Made by a program: the position numbers and the translations under genes | Source: Candidatus Kuenenia stuttgartensis | GTDB lineage: Bacteria > Planctomycetota > Brocadiia > Brocadiales > Brocadiaceae | Length of the DNA: 32,000 nucleotides | Reading direction: 5' to 3' | Assembly (NCBI RefSeq): GCF_900232105.1 | Contig: NZ_LT934425.1 | Span: forward strand, 3,750,001-3,782,000 | The notes under the pieces: model-generated | The model's input: only the letters and a program-made list of their open reading frames with translations | The model's database searches: none | What the model was told of the DNA's origin: nothing | Shown here: one piece after another, positions 1 to 9,377 of the stretch | Position numbering within the stretch: position 1 is the stretch's first letter | Layout: every line of letters starts with the position of its first letter

Positions 1-90
1 GACTGTTCCGGTAAAAAATGTCCTTATAAATTCATCCTCACGTTTAGGAAATAGCTCTTCCCTGATAGTATCAAAGTTTAAATAAGTTTC

Positions 91-1560
91 ATGTCATCGA
101 CCAAGCCTATCAAGCCACATATTCAATCCACGAAAATCGATACATTATATCCTTCTTACGATGTAATTGTAATTGGAGCGGGTATCGCAGGCCTTATTTG
201 TGCCGCATTTCTTGCTAAAAGCGGGAAAAAGGCACTTCTTATTGAACAGCATTTTATTCCAGGCGGATATTGTACTTCGTTTAAAAGAAAAGGATTTCTT
301 TTTGATGCTGCTGTTCATCACATCGGTGGTTGTGGTAAATGGAGTGTTGTTGGGCGTTGTTTTAAAATGCTCGGGATAGAGATGGATTTTTACCACTTAG
401 ATCCCATGGATAATCTGATTTTTCCAACATTCAGCATTGAAATTCCTGCCGACTTAGACGAATATTTATTACGTTTACAGAAAAGGTATCCACATGAAAA
501 GGACAATATTAAGTGGTTCTTTCAAGACTTTATAAGGCTTTATCGTGCTACATTTCATAATGAAAAAAGTCAGATTATAGAAAAATACAAAGACATGACT
601 TATGGAATGATGCTCGATCATTTTTTTGATGATAGTGAGTTAAAGATGGTTCTTTCTGGGCAGTGGGGTTATGTAGGTTTAGCGCCGTCGAAAGCATCTG
701 CGATTGCCATGTCTCAAATGATGATAAATTATCTTAAAGATGGCGCCTTTTTCCCAAAAGGCGGAACGCAAGAGTTTGCAAATGCAATTTTTAGGAAATT
801 TATTGATTTTGGCGGACACGTTATGTTATCATCCAAAGTCAAAAAAATCTTAAAGAAAGGACCCTCCGTTAACGGTGTTAAATTAAATGATGACAAAGAG
901 ATACATTCGAGCGTTGTTGTGTCGAATATAGATGCAAGACAGACGTTTTATCATTTGTTGAATGATGAAAATGATGTAGATGCGGTGTACCTTAAAAACA
1001 TTGAAGGAATGAAGGAAAGCTGTTCTTTTTTTCTCTTGTATCTGGGAATTGGAAAAGGGATAGATTTAAATACTTTAAAAAGAGGATTTTATTTATCCGG
1101 CTCAAATTTTGACTCTATTGATAGTGAGTGGATGTATATATCTGTTCCAACCAGTATATGCCAGGCCCTTTCCCCTCAAAATAAACAAATAATCTCCATA
1201 GTAGTGTATAAGAAGGAAGAATTTTATAAAAATGTGACGGATTGGGAATTGCTCAAACAAAATATAGTTTCAAGTACTTTGGAGAGACTAGAAAGTTATT
1301 TACCTGATATAAAAAAACATATAGAAATAATAGAGGTGGCTACTCCTAAAACCCTGGAGCGTTACACATTAAATACCAATGGGGCAGCTTATGGCTGGGC
1401 AGTAAGCGTTGATCAAATATGGGAACAAAGGCTTTCGCCGACAACACCAATTAGCGGCCTTTATTTGGCAGGCCATTGGACAAGACCTGGCCCTGGCATA
1501 TGTGCTGTTGTTTCTTCGGGATGGAGTGTTGCTAATTTAATTTTGAAGAATTGGAGGTAA
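91..1560 (+). CDS. FAD-dependent oxidoreductase, phytoene desaturase (CrtI/CrtD-like, COG1233-type) family
   Basis: 489-aa ORF. N-terminal dinucleotide-binding fold DVIVIGAGIAGL...LIEQHFIPGG. Length and C-terminal LYLAGHWTRPGPG region are typical of CrtI-type flavin desaturases/oxidoreductases. TAA stop lies 4 nt before the next start. Confidence 0.8.
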   Translation: MSSTKPIKPHIQSTKIDTLYPSYDVIVIGAGIAGLICAAFLAKSGKKALLIEQHFIPGGYCTSFKRKGFLFDAAVHHIGGCGKWSVVGRCFKMLGIEMDFYHLDPMDNLIFPTFSIEIPADLDEYLLRLQKRYPHEKDNIKWFFQDFIRLYRATFHNEKSQIIEKYKDMTYGMMLDHFFDDSELKMVLSGQWGYVGLAPSKASAIAMSQMMINYLKDGAFFPKGGTQEFANAIFRKFIDFGGHVMLSSKVKKILKKGPSVNGVKLNDDKEIHSSVVVSNIDARQTFYHLLNDENDVDAVYLKNIEGMKESCSFFLLYLGIGKGIDLNTLKRGFYLSGSNFDSIDSEWMYISVPTSICQALSPQNKQIISIVVYKKEEFYKNVTDWELLKQNIVSSTLERLESYLPDIKKHIEIIEVATPKTLERYTLNTNGAAYGWAVSVDQIWEQRLSPTTPISGLYLAGHWTRPGPGICAVVSSGWSVANLILKNWR

Positions 1561-1564
1561 AAAT

Positions 1565-3025
1565 ATGAAAAAAATGATGCTCATTAATCCACATAAGCCC
1601 GGGAGGCATGGAGAAGAGAGTATTACGGTAATTGTTCAGATGCCGTTAAACCTTGCTTATATTAAGGCCCTTACGCCTGGTGATTGGGAATTTGATGTTA
1701 TTGATGAAAATATCGAACTGGCAATTGATGATAATGGCGAACTTACTTTCGCGCCGGTGGACCTTGTTTGTATTACATCAGTGACCTACCAATCTCCCAG
1801 GGCATACAAGATTGCTACTGCATGTAAAAGGAAAGGTATGACCGTAATAATGGGAGGGATACATGCGTCTGTAATGCCTGAAGAGGCTTCAAAGTACGTG
1901 GACACTGTTTTTATTGGTGAGGCAGAGGAAGTCTGGCCACGGGTAATAAAAGACTTTGAAGCAGGAAAGTTAAAGAAGGTTTACGATGGTGGTTTACCGC
2001 CGTTGAATTTGATGAAAAGGGTTTTCCCTGACAGAGAGTTTCTGAGGAAGAAATATAATTATAAGTTTTCTTCTATTGTAACTACGAAGGGGTGCCCGAA
2101 TTATTGTGATTTTTGCAGTGTTCCTACATTTCAGGGAAGAAAATTCAGGGAAAGACCTTATGAAGATGTGTTGGAAGAGTTAGCGGCGACTGATTATAAG
2201 GGACTCATGCTGGCAGAAGATAATTTTTACGGACATGGGAAGCGGTCAAATGAAAGAGCGAGAAATCTTTTTAAAGGCATGGTTGAGCGTAATCTTCAAA
2301 AAGATTGGCTAGGGTTTACTGCTTTAAATATTTCGCAGGATAAGGAAACATTAGATTATATGGCGAAAAGCGGTTGTTTTGGCATGCTTATGGGCATAGA
2401 GTCGACCAATGAAACCGTTTTAGAAAAAATGAATAAACAGGTAAATTTAAAGCTGGGCACAGAGAGCTATTATGATTGTATTCAGAAAATACATGATGCG
2501 GGTTTGGTCACCTGGGGTTCGGTGGTTTTTGGGGCTGACGGAGACGGTAAAGATTCTTTTAAAAGGATGACCGATTTTATATTGGAAAATAACATAGACA
2601 TTTTGACTTTCGGCATTAACTGTCCTTTTCCAAAAACGCAGTTGTATAAAAGGTTGGATTCGGAAAAGAGAATATTCAGGAAAAACTATCCGGATGATTG
2701 GGAATATTATGATACAGCACATGTTGTCCATCGGTTGGTGGATATGACATTGGAGGATTTTATAGAAGGAATGCAATATGTTTATGATCATATCTATGCA
2801 GGAGATAATTTGAGAAAACGTTTTAGAAATTCTATTAAAACGACGAACAATCCCAGAAATTCCATGTTTGCTTTTCGGGTAGGTTCTGACTGGCAACAGG
2901 TATTCGATCAGGTATTGGAAAATTTAAGATTATTATATGATTCCGGCGATTATTATAAAGATTATTATAAATCAAATTCTGTGTCTGTATCGAAGAAACC
3001 ACTGGTAGAAAGCATCACCACATAA
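1565..3025 (+). CDS. B12-binding-domain radical SAM protein (COG1032-type)
   Basis: 486-aa ORF starting 4 nt after the upstream stop. An N-terminal Rossmann-like (cobalamin-binding type) region is followed by the radical SAM cluster motif GCPNYCDFC (CxxxCxxC). Confidence 0.8.
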   Translation: MKKMMLINPHKPGRHGEESITVIVQMPLNLAYIKALTPGDWEFDVIDENIELAIDDNGELTFAPVDLVCITSVTYQSPRAYKIATACKRKGMTVIMGGIHASVMPEEASKYVDTVFIGEAEEVWPRVIKDFEAGKLKKVYDGGLPPLNLMKRVFPDREFLRKKYNYKFSSIVTTKGCPNYCDFCSVPTFQGRKFRERPYEDVLEELAATDYKGLMLAEDNFYGHGKRSNERARNLFKGMVERNLQKDWLGFTALNISQDKETLDYMAKSGCFGMLMGIESTNETVLEKMNKQVNLKLGTESYYDCIQKIHDAGLVTWGSVVFGADGDGKDSFKRMTDFILENNIDILTFGINCPFPKTQLYKRLDSEKRIFRKNYPDDWEYYDTAHVVHRLVDMTLEDFIEGMQYVYDHIYAGDNLRKRFRNSIKTTNNPRNSMFAFRVGSDWQQVFDQVLENLRLLYDSGDYYKDYYKSNSVSVSKKPLVESITT

Positions 3026-3083
3026 AAACAAGGTATTTTTGGATATTTAATACAAAGTAAACGTGTAGGAAAGGAGATATGAA

Positions 3084-3212
3084 ATGATAGGCAAATTATT
3101 GTCTTTATCTATGGAAAAATCAATTATTCCGGATGTAAGCCCAAAATTTATTCTGATTGTTACAATAGCCCTTATCTTTGTGATACTATTTGCATGGAAA
3201 AAGGAGGAATAA
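3084..3212 (+). CDS. small hydrophobic peptide, 42 aa (MIGKLLSLSMEKSIIPDVSPKFILIVTIALIFVILFAWKKEE), hypothetical
   Basis: Absent from the ORF track (too short). ATG sits 7 nt after AAGGAG (3071-3076). One clear transmembrane stretch. Its TAA (3210-3212) abuts the lpd start at 3213, and its last codons contain the lpd RBS. Confidence 0.4.
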   Translation: MIGKLLSLSMEKSIIPDVSPKFILIVTIALIFVILFAWKKEE

Positions 3213-4637
3213 TTGCCTGTGAGCAACTCTGCCTTTGATCTTGCAATCATTGGAGGTGGGCCTGCCGGTTATGTTGCGGCAATAAAAGCCGCTCAGTCCG
3301 GCTTAAAAACTGCTTTAATCGAAAAAGAGAAAGTTGGCGGCACATGTCTGCATAAGGGTTGTATTCCCACAAAAACGCTGTTGTACTCTGCGGAACTTTA
3401 CAGAAAGTTTGCTAATGCAGGTGAATATGGAATCACTACCGGCAGTTTGAATGTCGATTATCCTCTAATACATCGGCGCAAAGAATATGTTGTTAAACGC
3501 TTGTTTCAGGGAGTTCAGTCCCTTTTAAAAAAAAATGGTGTCGATGTCTTCAGCGCCGAAGGGCGTATCATATCTAATCAGGAAGTTTCAATAGTCAGCG
3601 ATGGTATAGAAACAAACCGAATAAAGGTAAAAAATATTATACTTGCCACGGGTTCTGCTCCTTTCATTCCAAAAAACATACCTTATGATAAAAAATATGT
3701 ACTTACCAGCGATGATATTCTATTGCGGGAAGAAATTCCAAAATCGATAATTATTGTCGGTGGAGGTGCGGTTGGGATTGAATTTGCCTGTCTTTTTAAT
3801 GCATTTGGGACAGAGGTTACGGTTTTGGAACTTTTGGAAGATATACTACCTTCCGAAGATAAAGAAATCAACGGAACTGTGAAAAACCTGCTTATACGTA
3901 GAGGGGTAAATGTTTTGACCCAAACCTCTTTGGAAAAAGTAGAAATAGAGAATGGCGTTAAATTAGAGATTAAAGGTGTTAACGATATTTCCGGTAATAG
4001 AGAATTTTTACATGCGGATTTGTTATTACTGGCTGCCGGAAGAGTACCTCTGCTGGATAATATCGGGATAGAAGAAATGTCGTTAAATTTTGACGGACAA
4101 TATTTAAGGACGAATGAAGGCATGGAAACAAGCCAGAGAGGGGTTTATGCAATAGGCGATATTACGGGAGCGCCGCTTCTTGCGCATAAAGCAATAAATG
4201 AAGGCATCTTGTCAGTAACGCATCTTACAGGGAAAGATATGCACATCATAAACCGTAAAAATATCCCAAGAGTTGTTTACAGTTTTCCGCAGGTAGCGAG
4301 TATTGGTCTTACACAAAAAGAGGCGGAGGAAATGGGTTACAAGGTGAAAATCGGAAAATTTCCTTTTGCCGCGAACAGTATGGCAATAATTGAAGGAGAA
4401 TCATTGGATGGTTTTGTTAAAATTGTTTCGGAAGAAAAATATGGTGAAATTCTTGGAGTGCATGCAATAGGTCATCACGTCGGAGAATGGATGTGGGGAC
4501 TTTCGCTTAACTCTATTTTAGAAGGTACGGTTCAGGAAGTATCAAATGCTATATTCCCTCACCCTACTCTATCAGAGGCTTTATTCGAGGCCGCTCATTC
4601 AATAGTTGATAAACCTATATGCAACGCTGTTGAATAA
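3213..4637 (+). CDS. lpdA: dihydrolipoyl (dihydrolipoamide) dehydrogenase
   Basis: FAD motif IIGGGPAGYVAA, redox-active disulfide GGTCLHKGCIPTK, NAD motif VGGGAVGIEFA, C-terminal HPTLSE dimer-interface motif. TTG start 5 nt after AAGGAGG (GTG at 3219 is an alternative). Confidence 0.85.
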   Translation: MPVSNSAFDLAIIGGGPAGYVAAIKAAQSGLKTALIEKEKVGGTCLHKGCIPTKTLLYSAELYRKFANAGEYGITTGSLNVDYPLIHRRKEYVVKRLFQGVQSLLKKNGVDVFSAEGRIISNQEVSIVSDGIETNRIKVKNIILATGSAPFIPKNIPYDKKYVLTSDDILLREEIPKSIIIVGGGAVGIEFACLFNAFGTEVTVLELLEDILPSEDKEINGTVKNLLIRRGVNVLTQTSLEKVEIENGVKLEIKGVNDISGNREFLHADLLLLAAGRVPLLDNIGIEEMSLNFDGQYLRTNEGMETSQRGVYAIGDITGAPLLAHKAINEGILSVTHLTGKDMHIINRKNIPRVVYSFPQVASIGLTQKEAEEMGYKVKIGKFPFAANSMAIIEGESLDGFVKIVSEEKYGEILGVHAIGHHVGEWMWGLSLNSILEGTVQEVSNAIFPHPTLSEALFEAAHSIVDKPICNAVE

Positions 4638-4752
4638 CTACTCATGAACACTACACTAAGGATTTCAAGAAGGTTTTTCTTTGCAACTCCTGATCTTTCC
4701 TATTGTCAAAACATTTACACTGACGTAGTATCTGTGCCAGAAAGGATGGTGT

Positions 4753-4909
4753 ATGAAAAACTTACTGTGCCATCATGGTCTCGGATGCGGCGGTGATACA
4801 ATATCTTTGCCTGAATGCAGAAGAACCTGATTTTTTAACTACTCTTGAGATGCTTGACATAAACGCTTGGCACCCATCGCTCTCTCTTGAAACTAATCTT
4901 TACCCACAA
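4753..4909 (+). pseudogene. [NiFe]-hydrogenase small subunit, N-terminal fragment (frameshifted)
   Basis: MKNLLCHHGLGCGGDTISL, then after a +1 shift near 4796 LNAEEPDFLTTLEMLDINAWHPSLSLE. This matches the small-subunit N-terminal pattern (C.GC..SLL....P.....L...I.L.YHPTLM), though the first Cys motif is degenerate. Confidence 0.5.
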
Positions 4910-4951
4910 ATTTCAAGAGCACCGTAGTTGTACGGCCAATTGAGCTGAAGG

Positions 4952-6862
4952 CTAAGTGGTGTAAAGTTCGTAAGCAACTTCAATATCAGCCAAACGTGAC
5001 ATGCCTCGCCAAAGTACTTCACTTCCGGGATGGCCATCACCACGGCGACCCAGATGACCGCCAAGTTTACCTAAAAGCCGCACGGCATCATTGAGGCTTG
5101 GAGGTAAATCAGGAGGCTCCTTGACCTTGTTCGCAAAAGTTGTCAATGCTTTCCATTCAGAATCGCTGAAGTAGACAGTACAAGGGACATCAGGTGTTTC
5201 TTGTCCTAAAGTAGTCAGGTAATGGATACGCCAAGCTATAATCATATCAATGGCCAAAGCGTTGCACAGACGACGGGCACTCTCCAACTGCCGGGACTCG
5301 ACACGACAACCGCTCTTGATAATACGATGATAACACTCAATACCCCATCGGCGAGCATACCATTCCAAACGTTCGTAAGCATCTTTTTCATGCTTAACCG
5401 CAACTGTAGTTAACAGCATCCATTCTAACCCATCAATTCCGATAGGCGGATTGACTTCCTGCGCCAGCACCGCCCACACCCTGACCGCAGGCATATTCTT
5501 TTTTAGCATAGGTGGGCGTAGCGTAACAGGCACCGTTCGTACCATAAGTATTGCCTGACGTGCGGAGCGTTTCTCACTCGGAGGTATCAATATTTCGCGG
5601 GTACCTATAACCGGTTGCTGTTCCAGTTTAGTCCACAAAAACTCGCATGATTCTTTATCATCAACAACCGTTCTATTGCGCGAACGTTCTGCACGGATCA
5701 GCAACTGAGCGCCATCAGGCGTATTATACTGCTCAGCGAATACCTCGTGAATATCGGCCTCACGATCTGCCACAACCACCAGCAAAGATTTGTTTCGACA
5801 GCGTTTCTGTACTTGCGATACTGCATGGTAACTCTCCACCCATTTCCAGCTTTCCTTCTCTTCGATAGGCTTCTTGTGTCGTTCATGTTTGCTGCCTATT
5901 CCGTCCCGCGCCCAGCATTGCACATTCAGAAGTCCCAAGGGTGTGCCACTTTCAGTAAACGCCATCGTATCATGCACCATCAGTCCACGAACTTTTTTAC
6001 TCTTAGTACCTATCGGTCCTAACCCCTGCGTATTCGGATGTGTGCTATAATTCAGAGTCGTAGTATCTTGCGCTACCAAAACCAAACTATTCTCCTTCAC
6101 ACGCTCTTCCGTGGCCTCATAATGAGCTTGCAATATCGCCTTCCAATCTACATTCTCATTGTCAAGGAATCGGTATGCAGCCTTAGTCGCACTGACTGAA
6201 CCGCACGCCTGCGGAATGTTTGCCAAAGGTTTGTCATAAAACATACCTGTCATTTCTAAAAGTCTTGATGTCAATCGTGCATCGCCCAATTTTGTTCCTC
6301 CAAGTTCCGCCTCTATCCAATCCCGAGGCTCTTTTTGTGCCACTCTTTGGCGAACATGTACTTTGCCATCGGCACAACAACACAACACCGCCTGCCATTT
6401 CTTTTGCAACGGCATAACATAAACGTCTTTGACCGTTGCCCCTGTTCCTTTTCGCCCTCGACCTTCCGTGCCTCCTACATACTTCCAGTTAGCTGCCCGA
6501 TAACAGCTTCCGGAAAACCGTCCTCGTTCCACATAGGTTTCTAAAAGTACAGGACGATATTTATACACTCTTTCCCCATCATCAACCAAACGTGTTTGGC
6601 ATTTTGCCAATACATGCGATGCCAAACATTTTACTCTTACCGTAGGCGCTATTAAATACCGACTGTTATTGATAACAAACGTATGATTCCGCTTACGTGC
6701 TTCCTCCGTCCATCCTATCCACTCGTCGCGACTTTCCACCCGTCTGGCACAGGCACTATAACTTAGCCCTCCTATCCATCCGTAATGTTCACTGCGTACA
6801 AGATACCGAAGTTGCGCCCCGCATAGGGGCCCACTTCCAAGATAATGATGCGCTTCTAACAT
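4952..6862 (-). CDS. Tn5-like DDE transposase, downstream portion (DUF4338 core plus Tnp DNA-binding, DDE and Tn5 dimerisation regions)
   Basis: HHYLGSGPLCGAQLRYLV...CYRAANW (DUF4338/DruA-like), then Tn5 Tnp landmarks AQDTTTL, VADREADIHE, RWGIECYHRIIKSG (DDE triad) and a C-terminal LGGHLGRRGDG...LWRG dimerisation-like tail. The frame stays open upstream of the first ATG back to about 6907. Confidence 0.85.
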   Translation of the reverse strand: MLEAHHYLGSGPLCGAQLRYLVRSEHYGWIGGLSYSACARRVESRDEWIGWTEEARKRNHTFVINNSRYLIAPTVRVKCLASHVLAKCQTRLVDDGERVYKYRPVLLETYVERGRFSGSCYRAANWKYVGGTEGRGRKGTGATVKDVYVMPLQKKWQAVLCCCADGKVHVRQRVAQKEPRDWIEAELGGTKLGDARLTSRLLEMTGMFYDKPLANIPQACGSVSATKAAYRFLDNENVDWKAILQAHYEATEERVKENSLVLVAQDTTTLNYSTHPNTQGLGPIGTKSKKVRGLMVHDTMAFTESGTPLGLLNVQCWARDGIGSKHERHKKPIEEKESWKWVESYHAVSQVQKRCRNKSLLVVVADREADIHEVFAEQYNTPDGAQLLIRAERSRNRTVVDDKESCEFLWTKLEQQPVIGTREILIPPSEKRSARQAILMVRTVPVTLRPPMLKKNMPAVRVWAVLAQEVNPPIGIDGLEWMLLTTVAVKHEKDAYERLEWYARRWGIECYHRIIKSGCRVESRQLESARRLCNALAIDMIIAWRIHYLTTLGQETPDVPCTVYFSDSEWKALTTFANKVKEPPDLPPSLNDAVRLLGKLGGHLGRRGDGHPGSEVLWRGMSRLADIEVAYELYTT

Positions 6863-6907
6863 GCTACGCCAAAGTTTCGAATGGAATCTCGTTGTAACCC
6901 TTAGCTG

Positions 6908-8929
6908 GTAGGTTGGAGGCCATTAGCCTCCAACCCCCACTCGTCGCCAGATACTTTGGACAACGTGACAAAGCATCCTTTTTAAACCATACGTCTTTCT
7001 CGTAGTTAGCGACCCCGACGTGTTGCTCTATAACAGAGAAAAGTCAAACATCATGCTTTAGCACACGCCTTAAGAAATTCTCTTTCGAATGAGAGTAACC
7101 CCATTTTAAAGAATCGGTGAACAGGGAAACGCTTGTTGTCTGTTCTCCATTTTCTTGAGAACTTGAAACATCTCAGTCTCATGCGTACCCAACAGTCTAA
7201 TGAGCGATATACCTTTTGTACATTGCCCAGCCGAAAATAGTTGACATGCCCACGAATTACAGGGTTTAATGTATCAACAATGGCTTGCAGATTGACGCCC
7301 TGTGTACGTCTGGTGATGTCTCTGATGTTGTTCCTTCGGCAGGCTCAGGACAGGCTCTTGAGTTTGTTCAGTGATTTCGTGCTTATACCCTTATACTTGC
7401 CCTTGAAATCGTATCCGAGAAACCTGAAACCTCTTTCGAAGTTGGTGAGCTTGGTTTTATCCTCGCTCAGCTTCATTCCAAGTTTCCCTGCAATGATTTC
7501 TTTGACATAGCTGAGGGCGGCTGGGAGTTCATCTTTTGTTTCAGTCATGACAACGAAATCATCGGCGTATCGGACAAACTTATATCCAGCCTTTTCAAGT
7601 TCCTTGTCGATGATGTCACCGATAAGGTTTGCAAGCAAAGGGGAAATGACGCCTCCTTGCGGAGTGCCTTTGTTTGTCTCGTGCACGATGCCGTCCTCCA
7701 TGACCCCTGCTTTGAGCATGTTCTCAATACTGTTCAAAACCCATCCATCAGCGATTTTCTCACGTAAGGAGTCCATAATAAGCTTATGGGGTATGGTGTC
7801 ATAGAATGCCATTATATCGGCATCAAGGACGCTGGTATACCCTTCCTGCTTATACTGTTCAAGCCGTTTGATAGCATCGTGACAGCATCTGTCAGGGCGA
7901 AATCCAAAGCTGTTATCTGAGAATCCTTTCTCAAATATTGGCTCTATGATTTGCCTGAATGCCTGCTGTACAATCCTGTCCTTAACAATGGGAATGCCAA
8001 GAGGTCTCTTGTCATGCCTGCCTTTGGGGATGTATACCCGCAGGACAGGCGCAGGGTTGTATATGGCAGTCTTGAGTTCCTGATGGATACTCATGATATT
8101 CACATCAAGATTGGACTCAAATTGCTTAATACTTACCCTGTCAAGACCAGCTTTGCCTTTATTCTTCTTTACGTGTTTGAAAGCAGCATAAAGGTTTTTC
8201 AGACTAAACACCTTGTCTCTTAATGAATGATACTTAAGCATCTCTCGATATATTCCTTTCGATTGATTACGGATAATAGACTTGTCAATCGTGTTTCCTG
8301 GGTACGGATTCTCCCAAACATAGGCAAAAACAAGAGAGGCTCTTGTTACTGCTTACCTACGCAAAAGAGTTTCTTTTCTCATTGAACGTATTCAATCTAC
8401 CACTTTCATCAATTCCACTACGGTTATGCCCCTTTCATTTCCGATTCACACCGGAAACTATTATGAGCAATGCTGACGACTTCAAAGATAGACTTGTGAG
8501 AGAAGCTTGTCTATCACCATCTCATACAGCTCGGACTTCGGAATTTCCTTATACCTTGCTGTTAGGGAATTTTGCCCAAGGCGTAAGTCCTCCCCCGGTC
8601 ATATGGATTACCCCTTTTCCCTTCGTGATGTATGTTCAAACGCATTAACCAGAGATGGTTTTACTTAATCTGTTTATCCATCTCCAACAAAGGACATTGT
8701 CAGTGCTTCGCTGAGAAATGGCAGTTGGCACGGAATAACACGCCACACTCATACACCCCAAAAGGTCGTCTGTACCTCGTAACTCCGTCATACCCCTCAC
8801 GGGTATATGCTATCTTTCTACGCATACGGATTGCTCCATTGTGTGCGCATAGGCACAAACTTCTCTACGAGGATTAGGCTCGCAGAGGTGGTATTTTCAA
8901 CCACTCAGGTATTCCATACTTCAAGGCAC
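6908..8929 (-). mobile_element. group II intron inserted in the transposase ORF (ends approximate, +/- 30 nt)
   Basis: About 2.0 kb. About 690 nt of noncoding sequence precede the RT ORF and about 140 nt follow it, the usual domain I-III / ORF-in-domain-IV / domain V-VI layout. It interrupts an otherwise continuous transposase reading frame. The GTGCC at 8929-8925 (minus strand) is a possible 5' end. I could not fold a canonical domain V by eye. Confidence 0.65.
7051..8241 (-). pseudogene. group II intron reverse transcriptase/maturase with in-frame TGA (7345-7347) between RT and X domains
   Basis: RT motifs FGFRPDRCCHDAI, LDADIMAFYDTIPH, TPQGGVISPLLANL, YADDFVV. After the TGA the same frame continues for 97 codons (RNNIRDITRRTQGVNLQAIVDTLNPVIRGHVNYFRLG), which is the maturase X domain. 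No endonuclease domain. Confidence 0.8.
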
Positions 8930-9249
8930 TCAGAATCTCTACGTCCCCCCAACTCCGCTAGCTCGCATGACACTTCCGCAATCGGAGGCGCCTCCGCAGG
9001 TTTATTGACTTTTTGAAATGCATAATGCTTGTTCACCTTTGGAAGATTGATCTCTTTACGACGATCCAATTCCAACAACGCCTTGCGACAACTCATCTCT
9101 TGCAAACGGCCCGCTTGATTCCTCCAGTCCATCCATTCACATACCAGACGCGACAGTTTACGACGCGATAGGCACGGTTCCTTTTGGATAGTTTCTGATA
9201 AACGCTTTATTACATCATCTGAAAATATTCGACCTCCTACTCTAAGCAT
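8930..9249 (-). CDS. Tn5-like/DUF4338 transposase, upstream portion (exon-1-like N-terminus)
   Basis: MLRVGGRIFSDDVIKRLSETIQKEPCLSRRKLSRLVCEWMDWRNQAGRLQEMSCRKALLELDRR...SCELAELGG. This is the N-terminal region normally found directly upstream of the ..W..L...YHYLG segment seen at 6862. The likely true start is the ATG at 9249, not the tracked 9345. Confidence 0.6.
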
Positions 9250-9377
9250 GTACACAGTGTAACATACGGTTAACACGGTGTCCAGCAAAAAATATGGGTC
9301 ATCCCCAGCTCTTGAAAAGGGTGAAGATGTTTTGAAAATATGCACCGATTTTATTGAAGGAAGGCAAGCTCTTGATT

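Larger units (their letters stand above)
4910..9377 (-). mobile_element. Tn5-like (IS4 family, IS50 group) insertion sequence carrying a group II intron; boundaries approximate
   Basis: Lies between the two hydrogenase small-subunit fragments. Contains the split transposase gene. Only weak terminal similarity (ATTTCAAGAGC at 4909-4920 vs GCTCTTGATTT at 9368-9378). TSD not resolved. Confidence 0.4.

Noticed and set aside
6908-7050. Attempt to assign group II intron domains V and VI and exact splice sites
   Set aside because: An AGC-containing candidate (GAGCAACACGTC...GACGTATGGTTT, about 7035-6991 on the minus strand) has a 21-nt interior instead of a short stem plus tetraloop. The strong hairpin GGTTGGAGGC/GCCTCCAACC (about 6934-6910) lacks a properly placed bulged A. 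In-frame exon joining would need non-consensus ends. Boundaries are left approximate.
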